Source: Heptranchias perlo (Eukaryota). Taken from it: a stretch of 64,000 nucleotides of DNA. Location: assembly GCF_035084215.1 (NCBI RefSeq), contig NC_090341.1:15686001-15750000 (forward strand), given 5' to 3'. The position numbers and the translations under genes are program-made. Under the pieces are notes generated by a model that ran no database searches, was not told the origin of the DNA, and worked only from the letters and a program-made list of their open reading frames with translations. Each line of letters starts with the position of its first letter. Positions within the stretch are counted from its first letter, which is position 1. Below are positions 48,958 through 59,857 of the stretch, one piece after another.

Positions 48958-51900
48958 AAAACGACAGAGTATTGATTACACGCCTGTTGTAGCTTAGGGA
49001 GGTGGGTCTATAAATTCAGAAAATTCATTAAGCTCAGAGAGAGAATGTGCTTTCCTCATTGCAATTAAATTCATTTTTCAAAAAAGATTATTTGAATTTT
49101 GAAGCAAACCTGTCTTACCTGGTATGTTGACAGTTAGGAAGTATAAATATTTTGATTAACAGATTATGTCTTTCCTCATTTAATCCTTAAATTTATCTTT
49201 AAGCTGTAGATTTTTGTTTTACAGTTTACATGTATGTATAATGTACATAAAGACATAAGAACAGGAGTAGGCCATTCAGCCCGCCAATTTGTTCTGCCAT
49301 TCAATCAGATCAAGGCTGATCTTCACCTCAACTCCATTTATCTGCCTTTGCTCCATATTCCTTGATACCATTACCCAACAAAAATCTATCCATCCCAGTC
49401 TTGAAAATTTCAATTGACCCAGCATCCACAGCCTTTTAGGGGAACGTTCCAAATTTCCACTACTCTTTGTGTGGAAAAAGTGCTTCCTGATTCACTCGTG
49501 AATGGTCCAGCTCTAATTTTAAGGTTGTGCCCCCTTGTTCTGGATTCCCCCACCAGACAAAATAGTTTCTCTGTATTTACCCTATTGAACTCCTTTATCA
49601 TTTTAAACACCTCATTTAAATCACCTGTCTATCTTCTTATCTCAAGGACATAAATACAAGCCAAGTTTATGCAAGCTGTCCTCATAATTTAACCTTTTAA
49701 GCCCTGGTTATCATTCTGATGAATCTGCACTGTAGCCCCTCCAAGGCCAGTATGTCCTTCTAGAGGTACGGTGCCCAAAACTGAACACACTACTCCAGAT
49801 GGGGTCTGCCAAGGCTCTGTACAACTAAAGCATTTGCACATATGTAGTATAAAAATTTTTCTTTCAACAGATTGCAGTTTGCCATGAGCTGTACAATACC
49901 ATTAGAGATTACAAGGATGATCACGGAAGACTTCTGTGTGAGCTCTTCATCAGAGCACCAAAACGAAGGTAGCATTTTTGGAATCCTGATCTTGGAAGTT
50001 TTTCAGAATTCATTTAAAAAAAAACACATTCTTGAGAAAAAAGTTTGATTTAACAAGCTAATGTTTTTTATGTCTGGGTCAAAAGACACAAAATGTAAAA
50101 ATATAGCTTTGCTTACTGTTTTGTATAATCTAAAAACTGCCTGAATTAAACAGTTTTATCTCACATTGGTACATAAATGTACTGGCTTTAATACATTCGG
50201 TATAATTAATTGGGTGTGTTTAAACAACCAGTGAAATATTGCAGATCAAGGAAAGTATATTTTAATAGGAATGACCTGTATACTTGAAAAATATCAGATT
50301 CTGTATTCTTTCTTAATTGAGCATCATTGATGACAGTAATTCTCTTTTTTTCTCCTTTCCCAATACTCAACACCATTCTGCAACCAAGCAAGAAGGGAGA
50401 TAACATAGTCAAAGGCTTCTGCCATTGCCACCCTGCAGCCAGGCACAAAAAGGTGGTTCACATCGATTCAGATCAGGGTCTCACAACATGGGAAACTGTA
50501 GATATGATCCCATTGTGGGGAGCACCACGTTGTTACTTTAACCCATTATGAGATATTGGGACTATTTCTACTGGAGCAGAGAGGGCCAAGAGGAGATTTA
50601 ATTGGCGTTTTAAAAATTTATGAAGAGCTTTAATAGGGTGAATGGGGAAACATGAGGGCATCATACACTTAAAATTGTCACTGAGAGTGTGAGGAGAGAG
50701 GCTAGGAGAAATTCCTTTAAACAGAGCTGTAGGAGCATGAAATACTTTGCCACAAAGTAGTTGGGGCAGAGGCCATTGCATCTTTGAAGGGAAAAGTGAA
50801 AAAATATTTGAAGCAGAGAAAGATATAGACATATAGCTATGGGGAGTGAGCAAGGCAGTGGGGTTAGTTTTGAGTTGCTCTAAAGCCATTACAGACATGA
50901 AGAATTGAATGGCCTCCTTCTGTGCTATAAACTTCTATGTTTCTATATCACCAAGGCATCAAAAACCAGCAGTTCTAAAATGTTACTATTATTTGCCTTT
51001 TAATATTAGGTTGTTTAAAAAGGGAGAAAGAGATAGACCAAGTAATTATAGGCCAGTCAGTCTGACCACGGTGGTGGGCAAATTATTGGATTCGATTCTG
51101 AGACAGCATTTAGAAAGGCACGGGTTAATCAAGCACAGTCAGCATGGATTTGTTAAGATGTGGAGATGCCGGTGATGGACTGGGGTTGACAATTGTAAAC
51201 AATTTTACAACACCAAGTTATAGTCCAGCAATTTTATTTTAAATTCACAAGCTTTCGGAGGCTTCCTCCTTCGTCAGGTGAATGATTTTCACATCGTTCA
51301 CCTGACGAAGGAGGAAGCCTCCGAAAGCTTGTGAATTTAAAATAAAATTGCTGGACTATAACTTGGTGTTGTAAAATTGTTTACAATTGGATTTGTTAAG
51401 GGAAGGTTGTGTCTGACTAACTTGATTGAATTTTTTGAGCAGGTAACAAGGAGGGTCGATGAGGGTAATGCGTTTGACGTAGTGTACATGGATTTTAGCA
51501 AGGCTTTTGACAAGGTCCCACATGGCAGACTGGTCAAAAAAGTAAAAGCCCATGGGATCCAAGGGAAAGTGGCTAGTTGGATCCAAAATTGGCTCAGTGG
51601 CAAGAAGCAAAGGGTAATGGTTGACGGGTGTTTTTGCGACTGGAAGGCTGTTTCCATTGGGGTCCCGCAAGGCTCAGTACTAGGTCCCTTGCTTTTCGTG
51701 GTATATATTAATGATCTGGACTTGAATCTGGGGGGCTTGATCAAGAAGTTTGCAGATGATACAAAAATTGGCCCTGTGGTTGATAGTGAGGAGGAAAGCC
51801 ATAGACTGCAGGAATATATCAATGGACTGGTCAGGAGGACAGAAAAGTGGCAAATGGAATTCAACCCAGAAAAGTGTGAGGTAATGCATTTGGGGAGGGT

Positions 51901-54900
51901 AAATAAGGCAAGGGAGTACACAATAAATGGGAGGATACTGAGAGGTGTAGAGGAACAAAGGGAGTGCATGTCCACAGATCCCTGAAGGTAGCAGGACAAG
52001 TAGATAAGGCAGTTAAAAAGGCATACGGGATACTTTCCTTTATTTGCCGAGGCATAGAATATAAGAGCAGGGAGGTTATGCTATAATTGTATAAAACATT
52101 GGTTGGGCCACAGCTTGAGTACTGCGTACAGTTCTGGTCACCACATTACAGGAAAGATGTGATTGCACTAGAGAGGATACAGAGGAGATTTACAAGGATG
52201 TTGCCAGGGTTGGAGAATTTTAGCTATGAGAAAAGATTGGATAGGCTGGGGTTGTTTTCTTTAGAACAAAGGAGGCTGATTTAATTGAGGTATATCAAAT
52301 TATGACAGGACCAGATAGAGTGGATAGGGAGGACCTATTTCCCTTAGCAGAGGGGTCAGTGACCGGGGGCATGGATTTTAAGTAATTGGTAGAAGGATTG
52401 GAGGGGAACTGAGGAGAAATATTTTCACCCAGAGGGTGTTGGGGGTTTGGAACTCACTGCCTAAAAGGGTGGTAGAGGCAGAAACCCTCAACTCATTTAA
52501 AAAGTACTTGGATGTGCACTTGAAGTGCCGTAACCTACAGGGCTACAGACCAATTGCTGGAAAGTGGAATTAAGCTGGATCGTTCTTTTTCGGCCGGAAC
52601 TGGCACGATGGGCCGAATGGCCTCCTTCTGTGCCGTAACATTCTGTGATTCTATGAACAAGTTGCTTGCCCAGAGACTGGATACCATAAATAATAATGTT
52701 TGTGGATTTCTTTCAGTACAGCTGAAAAAACATGGTTTTCTCAAGGTCAACTATATTAAAGGAATGGTTCTCTGCAAAAAAATTGCTCACTGTAGTGTCA
52801 TGGAACCACCAGTTAATTGTAGATTTTGTTATTTTAGCAGGAAGACTGCAGTGTGCAGCTTTGCAACTAGTGCTGCAATTCAGATGACTGAATACTTTGT
52901 GAATGCAATTCAAATGTTATTTTTTAAAGCTTGAACTTAAGCAGAAAATTTGCTAATTACTGTAAAATTGTAATATTGCAATTCAAAAATGAAGTGAACT
53001 CAACAATTAGGTGGATGTAAAGATATTAATTATTCCCAAAAGCAACTGTATGAAGGTTGAGTCTTCACTGTCATTGAGCAATGTGTTTCACTGGCCCACT
53101 TCAGCCAACATGCTAAATTTACCCTGTGTATTGTATCATTTAATCTTCTGAAAAGTATATGAAATAAACATTAAACAGTGTTTAATACAGTAATGATAAG
53201 TCTAGATCAAGTCAATAATCACATAAACTGCACTGAGAAAAGGTTTTTGACCAATAATTGAGATCTTTTGAACGAGTGAAGGGGACCCATTAATGCATTT
53301 CTACCAATACAATGTTCCATTTCTTATGTTAACACCTTGTGTAAAAGATGGTCAGAAACCTTTTTAAAGTTCTAAAAAGATTTTTTTTTATTGAATTTAA
53401 ATATACATACTAATACAAAGTTCCAATGATGATGCATATTCTGCAATATACTTGGTTTTGTGAGCTGACTTAGTCACACTGTGCCTTGAGTAGTGAAGAG
53501 CATGGTCAGGACTGTGAATTCTATTTTCATGAATTTGCACAAGTGTGTAATAATATTACTGAGAATTAAAAGTATAAAATTAATATGCTATATTGGTTAC
53601 TACTAGTTTTGAACTAAAAGTCATACCAGTTATGGGCATTTGAAGAGTGTACATAATTTTTTAAGCATATCTTGCAATGTGCTGTAAAATAGGAACCAAC
53701 CAGATTACTATGACGTGGTCTCCCATCCCATTGATCTTTTGAAGATCCAGCAGAAATTGAAGATGGAGGAATACGATGATGTCGATCAGTTAACTTCTGA
53801 TTTTCAGCTTATGGTCAATAATGCAAAGGCCTACTATAAGGTAATGAGCTTTGAGACTAAACTGGTTTGTATATACGTCTTTTGCCAAGCTTTTGCAATG
53901 CCTTCAAATGCCTCCTTCATTGGCTTGGTGTCCATTTATTTTTGTTTATGCCTCTGTGAAGCATCTCAGGACATTTTTCTACATTAAAGGTGATGTATAA
54001 ATGAAAGTTGTTGTTTTAAATGAGTGGTATATTATTTTATAATAAAAACAGAAAATTTTGGAGATATGCAGCAGATCCATCAGCATCTGAAAAGAGGACA
54101 GATTCTTGTTTGTGGTGTAGACCCTCCGTCAGAACGTTGAGCAGGGTCTTCAGCCAAAATCTCAATCTACCTTTTTCTCTTTTCAGTCGTTGGAATCCCT
54201 AGTATTTTCTGTTTTCATTTCAAGTTTCCAGCGTTTGAAGTTTATTCTCTATCTATAGAATTTTATCACTGAGCAATTTACCTATCATTTTGATTTATTA
54301 CATGGTTAAAATTCTTTTTTTTAAAGTTGCCACCTCTTTCATAGAATTTTTAAAATCTAAAATTTTTGTTACGTGAAATACAATTAAAACATGTGAATGT
54401 TCTGTATGCTATCGCTGTTAAAAAGGACACGTCTGAAAATAAAACAAATGATGGTTGGATTTCGCAATGAGCTGAGGTGGAATGTTAGGTACAGATAGCT
54501 TCAAAAATATATTTTTAATCATATTTGGCCCTGGAGATGAGGACGCTGTAAACATGCTTAGAAGGCTGAGTTTCATGATCTTATATCACTGTATAACTAG
54601 AAACATGACTTCTGGTATATTTCTGGTCAATTCAACTTCCATGCTATTTGATGAATGCTTACGAAGTGGAACACATGTACATGGTTAAGATACTAGCTTA
54701 ATATCTATGTTATGATACAAAAATAACTTTTGGTTGAGACGGTTTAACTCATATGAATTAGTGTTTGTTGATTTGACTGCACGCACCAATTACACATGTT
54801 TATGCAAATTATGATTAGAAAATATATAACTTATAGTGTTTGTGTGTTTAAAGCAAATTTTTTGATCACTTACAGGAAGATTCAGTTGAGTGCAAAGCTG

Positions 54901-57900
54901 CAGGTAAATTGTGGGATTTGTATACTAGAACAAGAAATGAATTTGTTCAAAGGGGAGATTATGAAGATGAAGATGAAGAGGATGATTATGATGGTCAAGA
55001 CAATCCTGGTACAACTGGTGATGAGGAAGTAAGTGCAGCTTTAATTCTCCAGGGAAAGTTCACAACAATCTTATTTATAAGTATTCGGCTAGTATTTAGC
55101 ATTTTCTAATTTCCCTACATTATTCCTTTAGGCAGGATATTTATTGATTGTTCAGATTTGTAATGTATCCAATTAATCAGATATCTAGTAACAAAATTCT
55201 AGTCTTCAGAGTCCCCTCCTCTCTACTATTGTCGTGTAGGCATAGGGGTATTTTGGTGGGAACTATTTATGCATTTCTTCTTCATATTACACAAAATTTT
55301 GGGTGTTGCCCCTTTAAGATTTAGAACATTGCTTTTAAATAAAATGTCAAATCAGAATTAAAATGTTAATTTTGCACTCTTGGTTGATGAGTAGAATCCA
55401 TGTATTTCAAAATTAGACAAATGTGTAGAATTGATGGGATATGAAAGCTGTTGAGTATTGAATTTTATTATTTTTTTGTAGAGTACAACACATTATAATA
55501 ATCTAAAGGAACAACTGGAGCACCTTTTTGAAGCTGTAGCCACTTATGTTGACCCAACAGGTCATCTCATCAGTGAGCTTTTTCAAAAATTGCCTTCTAG
55601 AGTGGTGAGTAAATCTGTTCACAAATAGTAAACTGATAAATTATAGTAATTCAGTTGTGGAAAAAAATTCTGCCTTTGAAAATGCATTATTGAATGTTTA
55701 AGCAGAAAAGAACAGGTATGGACAGATACTTTAACGAAAACCTCTCTTTTTGCAGCTGAAGTCTACTTTCTTCTCAGTAAAATTAAGTAAAACTGTGCAA
55801 TGCCATGGTAGATTGACTATAGATCAAAAGTAGACTTCAGATGAAACCGGGTTGAAGGGTGTAGCACCACCACTGGCAGGAGGATGTATTTACAGTGCTA
55901 CAAGTTTACATAAATATGAAAGTAGGAAATTATAATGGAAACATTGATAGGAAGTCCATGCAGGTGTAAGATTTTTAGTATACTATATAGATAGTTGTAA
56001 AAACTTATCTTTTGACATCTCTTTATCTTCCTGGTCTGTTTTCTCACACTTATTGCCATTATGTGCCCAGGCTTTTACTGTAAAATTGTATGGTTTTAAA
56101 ATAATTCCAGTAGCTTGTTGAGAGGGTACTATAAATTGATCGTCATTGACTTTGTTGCATTTTGATAGAAGAAGCTAGTTCATTTACACAGTTTAATTGA
56201 GTTGACAGAATTTGTTATCCCTTATCATTTTTATAATCTTTCCTGTATCTTTTTATGCAATATAAAAATATACTTTGTTGACGTGTTTAGCCAAACTACT
56301 GTATCAGTAGTATTAAATATTATTATTTAAGCAGGCAATGATTTTAGATAAACAAATGTAGAGCTGCTGTATAAAAAGTTCATTCCATGGTATTCTTTAG
56401 GAGGAAATACATGCCTGTGCCTGGGGGTTTAGAAAAGTAGAATTTAATTTTCAAGCTTGAGATTTATAAATATATATATTTTAGGCCCTGCAAAGTTGGA
56501 ATCTGAAAAAGTTGCTTTTGAGAAACCTCATCTCCAATTATAATTGATGGTTTATTAATTGCTCTAATCTTAAAGAACCTGGATTCAATAGACATTGTTA
56601 GAGATATTGGGCTCGATTTTAGGAGGGAGGTGGGTTGGCAGCGGGGGGTCGACTGGGCGCGTGGGTAACGCAACCAGTGAATTCAGGGTGCTCCGCACGC
56701 GATCGCAGCCTAATTGAAGCCACTTACCTTGGCTTCCGGGTTTCGCGCTGGAAAGCTGCGCAGCGGGCGGACTGCGCAGTCGCATCATAGGCTGTCAGCT
56801 GGAGAAGCCCCATTTAAAGAGGCAGTCCTCCACTGACTGATGCTGCAGAAAGGATCCAAAATTACAGCATGGAGCAGCCCAGGGGAAGGCTGGTTCCAGG
56901 TTTAATGATGCCTCACTCCAGGTCCTACTGGATGGGGTGAGGAGGAGGGGGAGGACAGAGATCTTCTCCCCGGAGGACGGGAGGAAGTGGCCTGCCTCTG
57001 CCACCACGAAGGCCTGGCTCAAGGTGGCAGAGGAGGTCACCAGCACCACTAACATATCACGCACCTGCATACAGTGCAGGAGGCGCTTCAATGACCTAAG
57101 TAGGTCAGCCGAAGTGAGTACACTTACTCATTCCCCTACACTCCGTCTGCCACATCACCGCCCCCACCCCACATCTCCTTCTGCACTGCCAACACTACTC
57201 TATCACATCACTCCTCACACCCACTCAAAGCTCATCCTCATCTTACCTGCACTTACTCACCTCGCCAGTACTCATCCCACCACTACCACTCAACCCAATC
57301 CTCATACAATCTCACGGCTCCGTCTCATACTCACCCTCTCATGCATCTCTTTCACGGTCAGCCTCACCCAACCTGCCACTACCTGTGCTGCAGCCACAGG
57401 ACATGCATCACATATGTGTAGTAGGAAGCATAAGGCAAATGTGTCGTGAGCATGAAGGGGATGCACAAGGGTGTTTGAGGGTTTGTCATGGTTTTTACTT
57501 ATATTTGATTTCTGATCAACTCACATTACATATTATATTGTCACCACTACTGCCACGTCTTTGCAAATCTTCTCTGGTTTGCGCAATAATGCCCTTTCCT
57601 GAGGATCACTATGATGACCCACACCTGATGCTACCCATTGTGTCACTGCAGACTGGGTGTAGGTGTATTTGCAGGGCTCTTTTGTGCAGACGACTGAGAG
57701 ATGTCGGCGATGTCCCTGGTGGCACCCTGGAAGGATGCAGAGGAGAAGTTGTTGAGGGCAGTGGTGACTTTGACAGTGACAGGTAAGAAGATGGTGCTCG
57801 GGCCAGCCGGGAGCAGCTCGGCATGAAGGAGGCTGCAGATGTCCACGACTACATGTCGAGTGACTCTTAGCCTCCGTGTGGACTGCTGCTTAGAGAGGTC

Positions 57901-59568
57901 CAGGAAGCTGAGCCTCGGTCTGTGCACCCTGTGGCGAGGGTAGTGCCTTCTGCGATGCATCTCTCTCTGCGATTGCCCTCCCTCCTGCTGTGCAGGTGGA
58001 TGTGTCACAGCACTGTGTTGTGGAGCTCCACGTGTCAGAGGTGGACGGCGAGGCTGGTGATGCTGTTCGTCCTCCGAGGAGGCCATGACTGCAGCTATGG
58101 CGACCCCCATCTAGAAGATGTACGTTTGAGGGGGTCCGCAAGGTAGGTAAATGTGTCTGCACACCGGGGTTGAGGCTGCAAGTTTGTGAATTTGATTGTT
58201 AGGAAGAGGGTGATGGAGGCCAAACTTTGTCCAAAGTGACAGAGTGGCCTCCTGCAATGAGTGAGGGTTTCCCCCACCTGTCAAATGGACCTTTGCAGCC
58301 GCCACAGGCTGGTGGCTGCAACACGTCCATTTCAACTGGGAGTGTTTCCCCCAGTACGGGAAACACGCTCAGTTGAGTTGAAAATCCCACCCCTCTTAAA
58401 ATATCCTACAAATCAGGTCTGCAAACGACCTGAGCTATCTAATTAATTGGTTTAAGTGGGATCTCGCCGGCTTTAATTGCCGACGGGAGTCCCACATGCG
58501 GGGGCTGCGCATGCATCTAAGCGCGTCACTGGGGAACCCGGAAGTGGGCAGGTTGGAGCCAGGTTCCGGACCTGCCCCGGGAATCCCTGATTTTCGGAGC
58601 CCCCCCGCCATGAACCCGCCGGCTCGGACATCCGAAAATCGAGCCCATTCTATCACAAGTAGCAACACTGAGGTCCACTTTGAATCTGTTTGGTCAAAGC
58701 CTGTTTTGAAAAATTTGATAGATAAGTCAAAGTTTTAATATTTGAACTGTTATTTGCATTTGCAGCAATATCCTGACTACTATGAAATTATTAAGGAACC
58801 AGTAGACCTGAAGACAATTGCCCAAAGGATTCAGGTTTGACTATTCTGCAATTTTGTCTGTTATTTTCCCTTTTTTGACTTTTATTTTTCCTGCCACAAC
58901 ATTGCAGCTAAAATCACGAACTGTATGATGTGAGGAATTATGCTGTACCATTGATGCTGCAACTGACTGTTAAATGTGTAATTTTAACTTGTTTTGTACT
59001 GGAAAACACTTTAGATTACAATGAATGTTTACTCTTTTAAATATGAATATACCAATTTCTTTTGACAGAATGGTGTTTATAAGAGTGTCAATTTGATGGC
59101 GAGAGATATTGAGCTTTTAGTAAGGAACGCAAAAACCTACAATGAGCCAGGGTCACCGATCTTCAAGGTAAGATTGAAAAAAATTGAAGGGTGTGAGTTA
59201 GATTTTAGATCATGCCACCCTACAGCCAAAATTACAAAATAGCCAGACTTTTCAAACTGAACATGAAATCTTTTAATAAAATCATAAGATTTAAGTAACT
59301 ATACTGCTAAAACATTGGATTCTTCTATTGTAGAGTATGACACAGATAAGATTCTTCTTTAATTCAGATGTAAAGGGCTGTACCAGACCGTGACATATCC
59401 AGGTCCACAGCTTGGGGGCTGGCATAGCGATAGTTTATTAATGTTGTTGATGGTGAAAATATCTTTTCCAATCCTATAGGATGCAAATACCATTAAGAAA
59501 ATATTTAATCAGAAGAGAGCTGAACTTGAGCATAATTTGGAGCCTACTAAATCCAGTCTCCGAATCAG
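47776..59568 (+). CDS. PBRM1: Polybromo-1 (BAF180), first 8 coding exons covering bromodomains 1-2; continues beyond the window
   Basis: Exons 47776-47919, 49871-49968, 53693-53840, 54876-55028, 55482-55604, 58766-58834, 59069-59167 and 59480-59568 join in frame: [14 protein letters not shown]...[44 protein letters not shown]...NNAKAYYK...[35 protein letters not shown]...[10 protein letters not shown]. Matches human PBRM1. Confidence 0.96.
48920..48956. repeat. (GT)n microsatellite
   Basis: Pure GT run seen directly. Confidence 0.95.
49250..49830 (-). mobile_element. CR1 LINE 3' fragment
   Basis: ORF 49410-49610 [36 protein letters not shown] plus 3' tail. Confidence 0.85.
50555..50947 (+). 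mobile_element. Old CR1 3' fragment
   Basis: Decayed [14 protein letters not shown] sequence and a GAATGGCCTCCTTCTGTGCT..TTCTATG tail. Confidence 0.65.
51243..51283 (-). ncRNA. Minimal hammerhead ribozyme (left arm)
   Basis: AUUCAC-CUGACGA-A-GGAGG AAG CCUCC-GAAA-GCU-U-GUGAAU; perfect helices I and II. Confidence 0.83.
51296..51336 (+). ncRNA. Minimal hammerhead ribozyme (right arm; sense to PBRM1 pre-mRNA)
   Basis: GUUCAC-CUGACGA-A-GGAGG AAG CCUCC-GAAA-GCU-U-GUGAAU. Confidence 0.83.
54041..54248. mobile_element. Short palindromic element with two heavily decayed hammerhead cores
   Basis: AATAAAAACAGAAAAT...ATTTTCTGTTTTCATTT arms plus a tail; centre AGACCCTCCGTCAGAAC|GTTGAGCAGGGTCT. Same family as 23945-24140. 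Confidence 0.6.
56609..58646. mobile_element. Internally deleted PIF/Harbinger transposon
   Basis: TIRs GGGCTCGATTTTAGG / CCGAAAATCGAGCCC (14/15) and perfect ATT TSD. Plus-strand Myb/SANT exon ([22 protein letters not shown]). Minus-strand transposase N-terminus 57643-58110 lacking the DDE core. Confidence 0.9.
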
Positions 59569-59857
59569 GTACACAGATTTTTGGTCTAGTATTATGGCTT
59601 TTGAAGACTGTGGTAGCCATTCCATACAATGTTTACAAATGATTGCGTTTTTTTTTTGGTATATTTTACTGTAAAATGTCTCTTATGCAAAATGTGACTT
59701 TTGGGAAAACATTTTTTAAAAATATGATTCATAGATGAAATAAAAGCCCTTATAATCTTTTCCTTACAAGCTGGGTGTTTATAATTTCTGGTTTGCGTTC
59801 AATCAAATTAACATCTTGTGTCTAACACACGTCTGTCACACTTCCGGCATCACACCT

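Larger units (their letters stand above)
51158..51387. mobile_element. Non-autonomous Penelope-derived palindromic mini-element
   Basis: 97-bp inverted arms 51190-51286 and 51293-51389 (1 mismatch), nearly identical to the Penelope 3' end at 15200-15290. 32-nt one-sided tail. 13-bp TSD TGGATTTGTTAAG at 51145-51157 and 51388-51400. Confidence 0.92.
51008..52655 (+). mobile_element. CR1 LINE (5'-truncated RT region) interrupted by a Penelope-derived palindrome
   Basis: [20 protein letters not shown] | [38 protein letters not shown], then frameshifts and the 3' tail. Confidence 0.92.
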
